Assembly: GCA_000708835.1 (NCBI GenBank)
Contig: DF236991.1
Coordinates: 233,585-297,584, forward strand
Source of the DNA: Klebsormidium nitens
Taxonomy: Eukaryota > Plantae > Klebsormidiophyceae
Reading direction: 5' to 3'
DNA: 64,000 nucleotides
In this document: positions 50,766 to 63,300 of the stretch, one piece after another
How positions within the stretch are numbered: position 1 is the stretch's first letter
Layout: each line of letters begins with the position of its first letter
The notes under the pieces: generated by a model
The model's database searches: none
What the model was told of the DNA's origin: nothing
The model's input: the letters and a program-made list of their open reading frames with translations, nothing else
Made by a program: the position numbers and the translations under genes

Positions 50766-53233
50766 TGTTACAAAGGAAAGGAACTGATCGCTGGTTGGGA
50801 TTGGAAAGTGTAGATTGGGCAGTAATGTTGGATTGGAGTTGAGCTCTAGCTGGGGCGGCTCATGAGGGGGGAACGGACCGGACTCTCTTAATTCAAATTG
50901 GCCTCCTTCGGATGGATCCGATGATGGTGAGAGTACTGAAAAGCTGGGAGTGTGAGACTAAATGAAGCTTTGGTGAAGTACTGCTGAAATCATGATGGTA
51001 TTTATAGACCTAGCTAGTCCCAGACTGCAGAGTTTCTACAGTACCTATCTTGGTACGGCAGGCATGGTACTTGCGAAGTTACCTCCTGCGCGGGCGGGCC
51101 GCGCCCCCGCCCGCCCCGGTACGGTGCGCAACTTCAATTCGATGCGACTCGGACGGCCTACCGATCTCTTCGGCCTTCCGAGTCCGGCCGGTTGGTTCGA
51201 GAATATCCGGTACTTTCCGCGCGGGTACCGTACACGGTTGGTACACCGAACGCGTACGGTGACGCCATCTTGGACTCTTCCAGTCAGTCGAGACCCACAG
51301 TCACGTATAGATACTCGGAGCCCAAGAATGGCGCTGGCGTCGTATTTCTCAATCTAGTGAACAGCAAGCCCAGTGAACAGTACGTAAGCATTTTGGGGTT
51401 ACTTAATAAAAATCCCAACCCAAAAGATTACCCGCTCCGCACCCGTACCCACCCTAAATTACCCCCTATTACTAGCTAACCCTACCCGTCTCCGTCACAG
51501 CTTATTGTTCACTAGCTGTTACTGTTCACTACATCGATTGGGTTGCTAGCGTCATGTCGCGTGGAAGTTTTTGAATAGGATCTTGGGCACGACTTGCTCG
51601 GAGCCTTGCTCAGAACCGTCTTGGTGTTTACATTTCCTGGGCGCTGCGACGACGGCACAATCTACAGTGCACCGAATCATGTACCTCATGTATGCAGCTT
51701 GCATAACATCTTGATATATAAGCGATGTCTGATCCAGCCGCTTCGCTGAATTCACCATGTGCCAGACGTAACCTTAGAGTGTACGTACAGAACGAAGTAA
51801 TCTGGGTGTAGTAGGTACTCGTGTAAGTGTAACATACGGTATGTCGTACTATCTTTTTCACTACTATCACTATCTTCAACAGTATTGGCATTTTTCGTTC
51901 ATTCTAGCTAACTAATTGGCGCCCCATGCTTGAGATTTCAGAGGCTAATGTACGAGTGAGAGCATCCGGCCTTCCAGAAGTGCCCATGTATTGGCCGAGC
52001 TCAGTCGTCGTCAACTGGAACAGGCTGCTTCAGATTATCATGGGAAATCAATTGAATTGGATCCGTAGTATGCGAGCTAGTACACCAGAGTACTTGTTTT
52101 ACCAATAGTCCACTAACGTCTATAGAGACATCAACATGACCTTGGGCCGACCTGTAATACTATTGATTGTTCTGTAGCTAGGGACGGCTTCCCCCGTAGC
52201 ATACGGTGAACTAATGATCGATGTTCTGTATTCCTTATTTAAGTATGCAGCTTAAGTTTGGCTTGAACATACCAAAGCGTCGAGCTCTCCCTTCGAAATG
52301 CAGCTTCGTGCTTGAACGACTTACTAAATCTGTAGAGGGGGTCCTTTACACTGACAGGGTCTGGCCGAGCAACATCAAGGTCAATGTTAATGTACATACT
52401 TTCAAAATCACTGCTGCACCGTGCTCCCTAGTCAGGCCGTCAATAAGCGGTGTATTGCGCGATCCTCCGATCCTCCAGTAGCACATCATGGTGGGTATGT
52501 TGCAACTAATTCTGATATGTTTGTAATCTAAGTCGATCGGTGACTATATTGGAAATGTTCAACGACTGATCAATGCGCGTGCTTTCATGAAAGGCAAGTA
52601 TCTGGAGGCCCATGCAGTACTTCCCTTGATTGGAAGGAAGGAAGCACGGTTCATGCAGTGTTTGGATTCAAAATGGTCCATGCCCTGGGTTTCCAAAATC
52701 GCTTGTCTTAATCATATTCTTTTCCGATCGCAAGCGCTATCATTAATGAAAAGTGGGCTGGTCATTTTGGAGCGCACTCCCAATCGTGGTTCGGGTCAAT
52801 GTCCTGCTGCCTGCAGTGCAGCGCAAGCAGTGCATGCTGAAAACTTTCGCACTCAATTTGATATCAACCACTCTCCTCAAAAGACCGAAGTACGTTGTAT
52901 TGTACATTATTATACACACTAGCTGCATGCGTGCCGCTCTCACAGCTTCCGCGTCTAGAGCTAGCGATGCGTCGACGTGCCTGCCACTCAGTTTGCGAAT
53001 GCAAGATGGACGCACCGTTCAGCAAACCGGATGTCACACTGCAAGCACAGGAATTTGACAACGCTTCGAAAGCGCCTATCTTGCACCTTTACACTCGCAC
53101 AAACTGCGGCCAGACTCCTTTGTAGATCGTGCTTCCTAAGCACGCACGCATTTCTGGCTATCTTGACTCTCACGAACTGTAACCGAAATCCTTCAATATG
53201 CTCAATTTGTAAGCCCGCACGTAACCGTCACTT

Positions 53234-56200
53234 CTAAGTGATGCTCTTGACAAAGGCCACGATCTTCTCCCAGCCCGGCACGCACGTCTTGTGCAGGTTG
53301 TACACGTGGCCGATGTTGGGCTGCACGAATGACGTCACGCTGACGGAGTTGGGATAGTACGCGCCGCCCGCCGCGCAGCCGGCCGCGTTCGCGAAGATGT
53401 CGCTCTCGCCGCAGAGGATGAATACGGGGCACGTGATCTGAAAAGTGAAGGGAAGAACGTAAATTGTGCATGAGAAGAAATCCCTTGCATAGATCTTTTA
53501 TTTTTTTGTGGCGAGAGTTCTTGAATGGGATCGTGGCGCATTCAAGGCATCTCAAATGAGCATCTGACGGGCCTGGACGGTTGACCAGAAACTACAACGT
53601 CGAATGAAGCATCATTCTGCCCGCCTTCTGTCAGAGATTTATCGAAGCTCTCCCGGAGCTAAAAGTTTGTCTGTCTCTGGCCTCAAACGATGGGAACTTA
53701 GGTACAGAAAGCCACGCTGCGCGACGAAGATAACGCGGCCAGCATTTGCTTGACAACCTTATACGTCCCGGCGAGCTGTCCCTCCTGCAATCAGACCTCC
53801 AGTCCAAATCCAAAACATCCCACCAATGAAAAGCCTAAAGACATGAGGGAAGCTGAACTTTGCCAAGCTAGATTGGAACGGGCAGGAGCGAAATGAATTG
53901 ACCAGTTTGTTAGGAAGGATCTGACCCGAAAGGCAATTCTGCTTGCCTGATGGGTGTGGAAGGTGTTGAAGATGTAGTCCGGCGCATTGGCGGCGTTGTT
54001 CCGCCGGTTGTCCAGCAGCGGATTGATGTCGAGGAACGCGTTCTTGTGGGTGATGAAATCAGCCAAGTTGGTACTGTCGTACGTCAGCATGGCGTCAGTC
54101 CAGGTCGGGTGCGGGTCCGGCGCCGTGAAGGTGGTCAGATCGACGCCGTCGTAGAACCCGGAGCGCAGGTTCACACCGAAGGGGGGCCCGCCGGCTGGGG
54201 GGAGGGGGAAACATCGATTTGGAGTTTGGGTACGTCATCTGATTCTCCGAAAAAGCATCGACGTGGATCGATCCAATCAGAAGGGTCTGGGTAGCAGCTA
54301 GACAACGGGCGCAGACGCTACTGATGGGAGGCAGGTGAGATCGAGAAGTTGAAGGGGATTGGTTGCCAAGGTTAAGACTGCCGTTCAATTTTGCAGGTCT
54401 GTGAAAGAATAGGAAAGAGAAGCCTCGACCCAATTGAGCAGCAAAAGACAAGTGATTAAGAACTCGATCTTCGAAAACGGGTAGAGAACTACGTCCCCGC
54501 ATCCACAGAGAATCAGTTCCGAATAGCGGTTGTTTCCTTTCAGGACCCCCTTGAAAGATTCCAACCAAAATCGAAACCTGTAATCTGATGTACTTACTTG
54601 GCAGCGTGATGTAGGGCACCGTATTGGGGGGCTGATCGATGGCGCCGAAGACCCCCTCGAAGTTGGGCATGTTGGGCTCGTATCCGTTGGTCCAACCGGT
54701 CGCAACAAAGCCGTCAGCAATGCCCGGGTTAGTCCCCAGGATGAGGTCACTCATGATGGAGCCGAAACTGTGCCCGATGAGAATCACCTTCTTGGCCTTC
54801 TTCGCGCGCGCGGGGTTGTGGTTGTTCTGGATGGACCTGCGCGCGTAGAAAAGCCGACGTCGTTGGTTTTCCTGAGGCGCTTGCTTCGCTTCCCGAGCTT
54901 GTCTCAAAGTGCATCAAAAGGTTAAGGTATCACGATGAGAGGGAAGCCCAAAATTTTAGGGCGGATACCGCAAATCGGCTCGCGCTCGCCCTCAACTAAA
55001 CGAATTTTCAGATAGAAATGGGCGGGAGGAACACAATCCCGCCTTTTTAGCTGAGCAAACACTGTTGAAATTGCTTTAGAGTCCTAATGAGATCCTAATG
55101 GACCCCCAATGAGGATTAGCCGCACAGCCCGCTCAAGTGAGATAAGTCGGCGCCAGTCTTTCTGCCTGATCGACACGCGTCAGCTCCGCGGTACTCACCG
55201 AATAAAGTCCGCAGAGGCATGAGCCTGGTCCGCAACGTCGATGGCGAAGCCGTCCGGTTTGTCCGACTCGCCGGTGCCCAGCATGTCTGCGGCGAGTACG
55301 TAGTAGCACTGCTTCGCGAGGTACCTGAACGGAACGGAACGGGACGGAGCCTTAGACGGAACGGTGATACTTTGCAGCGGAAAGGGTTAAGTTTGACTCG
55401 CCGGTGCCCAGCATGGATCAGCGGCGAGTACGTAGTAGCACTGCTTGGCGAGGTACCTGAGCGAAGCGGAAATTTTCAAGCGGAACGGAACGGTGAGTCT
55501 TTGCGGCGGATTGCGATGATCTTTAGAGCTTCGGTGCCCCGCATGTCAGCGGCGAGTACGTAGTAGCACTGCTTACCGAGGTACCTGAACGGAACGGAAC
55601 GGAATTCTTTCGAATAGAAGGGAATGATCATAAACTGAGATTTGCGTCTGGCTCCAGGATATATTGCTCAACATGTTGGTGGCGAGCTGCTTGGCGAGGT
55701 ACCTGAACGGAACGGAACTGAGCTCTTTCAAACGGAACAGAATAGACGATGAATTTGTGCTGCTGAAGGGAATGAATCTGGGCTTTCTGACGCCGGTGTG
55801 CCCACCATGTCGGCGCTAAGAACTAAGTGGAAGCTGCTTGGCGAGGTACCTCAGAAGAATTGATTGAAAAAAGTGATGAGCGGAACGAAACAGAACATGC
55901 TATCTTGCGGCGTAACGTGAAAGTGTTCTGAGTTTCTTGATCTGGGGTGCCCACATGTCGGTTTGATAACGAAGTGGCACTGCTTCGCAAGCTACCTGAA
56001 GGGATCGAGGCTGAGCTTTCTTCAAAGCGGACGGAATGGGGATTCTTTCCGGCGGAATGTGAAAGCCCAGCTCAAGCTTATTGTTCCAGGGTGCCCACCA
56101 TGATGTCGGCGGTGAGAACAAAATGGCCCTAGCTGCTTGGGCAGGCCTGACGTCAACGGAACGAAAAACTCAAACAAGACAATCAAAACGAAGAATTCTT

Positions 56201-57536
56201 GCGGTACGACAAATCGGCCCAGAGATAGTGATCGATCCGATTCTGATGTCAGGGCCCAGCCAAAGCACGTCGGCTTCCCATTAGAAGACCGGAATGAGGA
56301 ACAATGTTAAGCGAAGGGAGACGGGACTTGTTGGTTGGGAGATAAGAAGGTTGCTCGACTGTAAAAGATTGGTCTGGTGCAGCACCTCTGCGCAAAAGAG
56401 TTTGGCGTCGAAATAGGATACCATGATGCCGCGTTTCCAAGTGAAAGTCTCGTGTGTCCTTGTCGACTCGGACGAAAGGTAGTGGAATTTTGCAGATCAG
56501 CTTGGAAACAGGGTCTCGAATCCGGGAAAACTTTTTCAGTTTGCTTAGTGACGGTACTCACAAAGAGAGAGCGACGGTACGTACCTTGCATGCGAGTGCG
56601 GGGAGTTGTCCACGCTGACGGGGGTGTCCCAGTACAGGTGGTTGTAGGTGGCACCGTGGAAAAGGACCTGCCATTTCAAACGCTTATATGTCAACGAGAT
56701 GCCAAGCCCTTGATACTTGCCGTTCTGAGATCCCTACAAGATTCCGATGCACCTTTGCAATGTCAGACGGGATAAAAAGTTACCAGTATTGCCTGAAGAC
56801 TACGGTTTTGAATAGGTGTGGCAGCAACGAGCGTCACAAGCGTGGATTCGATGGCAAATTCCGTTCTGGTCTAGATGCAGCGCTCAGCCCCACTGGCCAG
56901 CTAGGCCCTTCCCCAAACTCTGAAAGCCGCTTTCACAAGAACAATTCTGCGTGACCTACAAGGGATTTCAATACTCAGCAGGTGAAACGTGTCTAGAGCT
57001 AGAAGATGACGGGAGGGTAAGAGCTAGTTGGAGAGGGACAAATGTTGAAAACAAACAAAGAGGGACAAGGGTTGAACTGATAGTGAACTAGGAAAACTTC
57101 CCTTTGATCTTCTTCGAGGTTTTGAATCTTCTGTCTTAAGTTCTTGACTCTAGCTTTGTGCAAGGAATCACACGATTTGAAAAGACCGACAAGCCCACCG
57201 CAATCGCCCACTCACCAGAGCCACGTCCTGGTTCTTCTTGCACTCATGGGATACGTGGGACTCTCTTCCCCCGTCTAGCGAACTCAGCTCGTATACGAAC
57301 ACCGCCAGGTTATGGTGCGTCCCATCGCCTATGGTGACGTCGAACATCGCCTTCCGCACGCTGACCGCCTCGTCTGGGAGGTTGACGTCGGGAGTGACGT
57401 CAGCGGGCCTGGTGAGGAGGGCCCTGCTGGAAGTGGCGCGCACGGGGAGCAGGGCGCAGAAAAGGAGCACCGCAGCAAAAACAGGGCCTAGCGCAGCTGG
57501 CTTTACGACAGAGGGCAAAACCAATTGCCGCGCCAT
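53234..57536 (-). CDS. Secreted alpha/beta hydrolase, paralog 2 (6 exons)
   Basis: Exons 57536-57216, 56667-56585, 55324-55199, 54836-54598, 54194-53947 and 53437-53234. Same intron positions and phases as paralog 1; VLFHGATYNHLYWD, IGHSFGS, ILCGESD, NIGHVYN; GC donor at intron 5. Confidence 0.92.
55325..56160 (-). repeat. About 6 intronic echoes of the acceptor/5' end of exon 3 of hydrolase paralog 2
   Basis: Plus-strand gtgcccagcatgtc.gcggcgagtacgtagtagcactgctt.gcgaggtacctga recurs ending near 55458, 55588, 55707, 55852, 55999 and 56150. Confidence 0.9.
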
Positions 57537-58405
57537 TGTTGCAAGGGAGATAAAGGGAACGGTGGGGTTGAGAACTGCGACAAAATGTTGGAAAGCTCTG
57601 GATTGCTGGAGTTGGCAGCTGCCTTTAATGCTTTATGTATGTGGGTGTAGTGGGTGCTGAGGTGAACGAGAATTGGGATTTGAGGATTCGTATCTATGGA
57701 TTGAGCTGCTTCCGACTTTGACTCTACCCGCTTGCTCAGCTGAATTGGAGGAGCTGACATGTTGCTGCAGTGCATTGGATTGATTAATTTCTGCGGCCTC
57801 AGAACAGTTTTTGCAAAGCTTTGATTGCGTATAACCACTACAACGTATTCGTACAGGTGTCGAGGCGCATGGCATATGCCTTATCTTGAAGTGGGCACAA
57901 GGCCCGCATGCCCCCGTGTGCTTCTCATGTGTGATAAGCTGGGCCGCGGGCATTAAGAGTGCTCAAAGCAGAATCAATCATGATCTGCTGAAGAGCTTCA
58001 ATCATGTTTGACGAGGACGGCGCGGCAGAATCAGGTTTGACTATACTGGAGGCTGCTGAGCCCTTAGCTGTACCGTGACGGTCGGCAACACCACTGCTTA
58101 CATATGCATATCGTGACGCGCGTCTGACAAGCTGCTGTTTCATTTGTCATCAAACTAGACGAGGTGTCAGCTCGAATATGAACATTAGCAGCTGGTAATG
58201 TATTCATTTTCATGGTGACTCGTTTTGAGCATTTTTCGATTCGTCATAAGCGTCCTACTGGATTGCATCTAGTTCAGTTTAATACCGTGCACAAAAACAA
58301 GCTGGAACATTATGTCATTCAGGTTAAAGTCAGGCACTCTCGTGCAGCTGCTATTAGTCTAAACGGATTGGCGGGTAGATAGCAGCTGAGATGAAGCAGT
58401 GGAGG

Positions 58406-60300
58406 TCAAAGCCGTGCAACTAGATGGCATGGAAAGTAGCTGTATCGCGGAAAGGAATTTTCGCTGATTTCGAGAACCTGTACTGATTTCAAGTTCGAAA
58501 GCCTTCGCACTGGAAGTTTGCCACCTGGTGTGAGCAGGCTCAGTGCAAACCGTTGAACGTCGGCGAATGATACTTGAATTTTCGTTTTCAGAGTACTCAA
58601 CAGTTGCTTTTTGTCAAGCTTTCCAGGACGCAGATTTCGGCTCAGTGCCAGCTCAAAAGATTTCATTGGCAGCTGCAAGCTGGCAGCTGGACGCAGCTGG
58701 CCGCACCAGCTTGCACTGACGGTTAGAAAGCGGCTCCCTAAAGGTATACCATCGACGACTCAGAGGAGCTGCTCACATCGAATCGACGGTAACGAGCTCC
58801 ATTCCCTGCTTTTCTAGCATGCTGACCATGCATACGCGCTACACTCGTATAGATTGTGTACCGGCATATTCTGCGTAGTAGATGCATGATGGAGTTAGGC
58901 AGGTTGGTACCTGCGACGGTCCGACCCCCACGACTCATGACGGCTGCAGTTGAGGAACCGTCACGCCACTTTCCCGGCCCGCCAACCCCAGGTACATACC
59001 GCGCTTGTCCAGCTACTGTCTACATATGATTAGGGCGGCTGGGCCTCAGCGTAGTGAAGTTTGTACCGCAAAGTTGAAACCGCCGTTCCACAGATACGTG
59101 AGAAGACGCCACGTTGAAATCCCCGGTCCAGTCGGCGGTGCGTACCTACGCAAGTGTTTGTACCACAGCGAGTTTCTAGAACCAGTAACGGTAGACTCCA
59201 GTATACTACAATACTAGGATCTGACGTCTGGGCACGGGGCAGCTGCAATTGCACAGCTGACCGGACAACGTTTGCTGGAAACCATGAGTCAGCCGAGACG
59301 TTGACTCCTGGGCCAACTTAGTAATTGGATCCGGAAGAAGGCCTCGTAAGAGTAGCGCAATCTCAGTGCAAGAGATCGATTCATCCTACATTACATCCAC
59401 GTTGCCTTAACATCAAGCTGACCTGGCAGTCACGGTCATGAGCCTTCATATGGGAAAAGCATCAATATTAGCATGTTTGTTGAGCCTAGGTAAAGCGGGG
59501 GTAAAGCGCAACATTGACATTGTTAGTACTGGGCCGGCGCCGGTTGTATAGCTGCGCATTCCACGCAGTCATTCCTTCTGTCAGTGGGTCCATTGGCTTC
59601 ATCCTTGACTCTTGTTGCAAGAAACGCTAGAAGCCAACCGGCAGCGCAGTTGCCCCAATGCTGTTAGCTACTGCTACATTCCTAGAAAGCTACTTCTTGG
59701 AGCTAGCTAGTGAGTAGAAGCAAGCAAATTGAATTGCCTCAAAGCTGCTATGTCCATCAACAGGACTTGGAGGTAATATTGTACACCAACTGCATTGCGC
59801 TGATTTGAGATTGTGAGACTCTTTTTGCTCTCATGAACACGCTGTACTCATAAGTTTCCTGCTGTGAAGATAGCAGCATGACCTGGAAAAAGTTGCGGGG
59901 ATGACTGAAAAGTATTGCACATGCTAGAATATCAGGTAGGTGAAGACTGGCGAATTACGACTTGCACTGAAGTTCAGAACGCTGCGACTTCTTCAGATTT
60001 ATGGCACTCCACTGTCCTCTGGTCGATGAGCTTTATGCATAATAGCTTCTCAACACGCGTGCTATTTTTGAGGAGCAGTTTGGAGGTCAGGTTGAGAAGC
60101 ATTTGAAAGCCTGCAGCATGCATGGAATGCACTTCAATTAGAGCCCTGATGCAACAGCTTTCAGAGTCCACTTCTCTCAATATAGTACTCTATCCAACAA
60201 CTACATTTTGCTCTAAGAATGGTGAAAGCTGGGTGCATCGCAGATATAATGGAGACATTCAGAAGTTCTGAAGACATTGAGGAAAGGCAAGGATTCAGGG
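58406..60300 (-). pseudogene. Possible highly decayed leucine-rich-repeat coding sequence
   Basis: Short minus-strand segments resemble LRR consensus: LPVRRLSNLKSVQVLEISENSF and FELALSRNLRPGKL (ORF 58406-58678), LPPSPVDGHSSFEAIQF (~59730-59780), VIPATFSR (~59880-59900). They are interrupted by many stops and frameshifts. Confidence 0.3.
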
Positions 60301-60377
60301 CCCTGCACATTGTCCCCCTGTTTTGCTTCAAAACCCAGACTCAACTTCCCTTTTGCAGGGTCCTCAGAGAGAGAAGC

Positions 60378-63300
60378 ATGGCGCAAGCACCAACGAAACG
60401 TGGGCTGAATTTGAGCGCCGGCCCCATCCTAGTTCTGCTTCTCCTACTGCCAGCAGCGCACGCAATGCCAACCCTCGCGCACTCAGGGCGCAAGCTGCTT
60501 GCGACCCAACAAGTGGTGGAAGAAGCGGTGGCCTCCACGTTTGACTTCTTGACTGCGCTCAACACTGATCTCAGGTCGGTTGACTTCCTCTAGTCGTCTT
60601 TCTAGTTCTCCTCTATTTCTTAGCAGGTTTGCTTTGCTGCATACTCGTCTGATTCCCCCCTGCTCTCAAACCCTGCTCTGCTTCAGTATCTTGCTAGAGC
60701 ATTGTGTGTGCTTTTCTCGAAAGACCCAAGCTCGGGCTGCGTATGACTTCAATGGGCTGCATTTGACATGGGCTGCTTTCAGAAACCCAACTAACTGCAG
60801 TGTGCCTTTCTTCTGAACAAAAAGCTTGATAGGAGCCACCAACGTTCTTCTATGTCTTCTCCACCTTGAAGGCTGCTTGAAAGACGATATTTGAAGCAAG
60901 CACAGTTGACCTGGAGCTAAATTGAATTTCTGAGGTCCTGCAGGAACCCCTTGGCTCCCCTCAACATCGTCCTGTGCAATGAATCCCGACCGACCACAAA
61001 AGCTACTGTTTGACGGGCACCCCCCTTATCCACGCCAAACTCCGTCTTGTTTATCCTCGGTTCCGCTCTGCCCGACCGGATTTCCACTCTCTGTCCAGGA
61101 ACGTCTTGGCTATTGTCACAAAGTCCCGGAAGAGGAGTTCCAGCCAGTCTGCGAGGGCCTACCATTTTACAGGCCCCCTGCTTGCTTATGCAGCCCAAAC
61201 TTCGTCTGTGTTTACCCCCAGTTCCGTTCTGCCAGACCGGAATTCCGCTCTCTCCAGGAACCCCTTTGCTACCTTCGAAAACGTCCCGTGCGAGGGGTTC
61301 CAACCCACCATGGGAGCCTTCTACTTGACGGGCACCTCTTTTATCCAGCCCGAACTCCGTTCCAGTTACCGCCGGTTCCATTCAAGTAAACCGGAATTCC
61401 GCTCTCTCTCTGGGAACCTCCTTGACAATCATTGAAAACGAAGAGTTCCGGACAATTTTATGACGGAGGGCCTACAATTTGACAGGCCCCCAGGGCGCTT
61501 AAGCAGCCCAACCGGGTTCGTTTGGTTCCCCCCCAATTGCGTTCTGCCAGACCGCAATTCCGCCCTTTCTCCAGGAACCCCTTGGCTACCGTTGAAAACG
61601 TCCCGTGCGAGAAGTTCCAACCGACCACGGCCGCCTACTATTAGACAGGCCCCTCCGGGCGCTTATATGGTTCAAACTCCATCTACTTTACCCCCAGTTC
61701 CGTTCTGCCAGACCGGAATTCCGCTTACTCTCCAGGAACCCCTTGGCTACCGTCGAGAACGTCCCGTGCGAGGAGTTCCAACCGGCCACGGGAGCCTACT
61801 ATCTGACGGCCGCCTTTGATGCCCCTGGCGATGGATTTCCCCTACCGGTTCCCGCCCGCACCTGCACTTTCAGGTTAGGTTTTTTCCCGGGTTTACAGGA
61901 GTTTGACTACGATGGGTTCTTACTTTGGAGAGGAATATTTGTGGGGTTGGTACTTTGAGTTGAATGGTACGTGCTTGTAGGTTTCATCTCCGCTTTCAGT
62001 TTGATAGGTGCTCTCTGCCGCGATCGTGTACCAGGCTCCACCTGGCTCAAACGCAAATCTCGACTCACTAGCTGGGTTTTTGGGCGTTAACCCTGGTCGG
62101 TCAAAGGGCCGTTTAGAAGCTCGTCACATGTTCAACGACCAGGCGCGAGCAGTAACCAAATTTCGTCAACGGTCGACGAAATACGAGACCCGTCTCTGGT
62201 TATCCATCCTATTAAACCTCTTCCTGTGACTTATCCATCCTTACTAAACCCTTTAATTTCCTGTAACTTACTTACCTAACTTAACCGCCCCAACCGCACT
62301 TGTACTTTCAGGCCGAACCGCCCGGTAATCATCACTGTGGCTGACGTCCTCTGCTGGGCGGTTTGCTCCCCGTTCTACTGCGCCTGCTGCGATGGCTCGG
62401 TGCAGCTTTCCACGGTCGGGGATGACGTGTGCCCGATCGATCAGACGATCACCGACTGCCCCGTCTGCCGCCAAGCCGTAAGCACCACCTTAGGCTCTTT
62501 GTGCTTTTTTGCCCCTTTTTCCTTAGCTTTCATGGGCTTCCGTTGTATGTTTTTGCCCTTCCGTTTTGAATCGAACGAAGGTTGTTGACTTTGACGTGTG
62601 TCTGACAGTCACCGACTGCCCCGTCTGCCGCCAAGCAGTGAGCAGCTTCTACTCCTTCCGCTGTTCCCTTTTCTCCTTGTTTACCTGATTCGTGTCGTTC
62701 ATTATCTTCCTCGAAGACTCGTTTTGGGCAAATGAAGGTTGTCAAAGACGCCACATCTGACCTTTTGATCAGACAAATACACGCTCACCAATTGCCCATG
62801 TGCCGCCAAGCCGTAAGCAGCTTTCGCTATGCTTTTCTTGCTTCCCCAATTCTTTAGTTTGATGACTTTTGCCTTTTTGTTTCCCGCAAAAAGATAGTTT
62901 CCCGCAAAAAGATAACATAACATAACAGAACAGAACAGAACAGAAGGAAGACGACGAACATTATCAACGGTCCCCTCTGCGGCCGCCAAGCAGTAAGCAG
63001 CCTGCTTCTCGGATCTTGTCTCGTTTTCGTTCGTCGTCTTTGTTTTGTCAAAGATCGACTTCGAGGAGAAAAAAGGTCGTCTGATACGCTGACTTTATTC
63101 TTCGACCAAATAGATCGACAATCACCAATTGTCCCGTGTGCCGCCAAGCAGTTATGAGAAGCGCCTTGAAAAGTACAAATCTTTGCTTCTCCCTCTCCTG
63201 TCGATCAGATCATCACGTCGCGCCTCGAATGTATTACGAGAGAATCTTTATAATGCGAGGAACGTTACTGTGCGGTCGACCAGACAATCAGCAATTGTGA

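Noticed and set aside
51380-51490. C-rich accctaa-like stretch
   Set aside because: No true tandem telomeric repeat, only scattered partial matches.
51552-53230. Many small ORFs between the hydrolase paralogs
   Set aside because: No recognisable domains, including no transposase or reverse transcriptase motifs.
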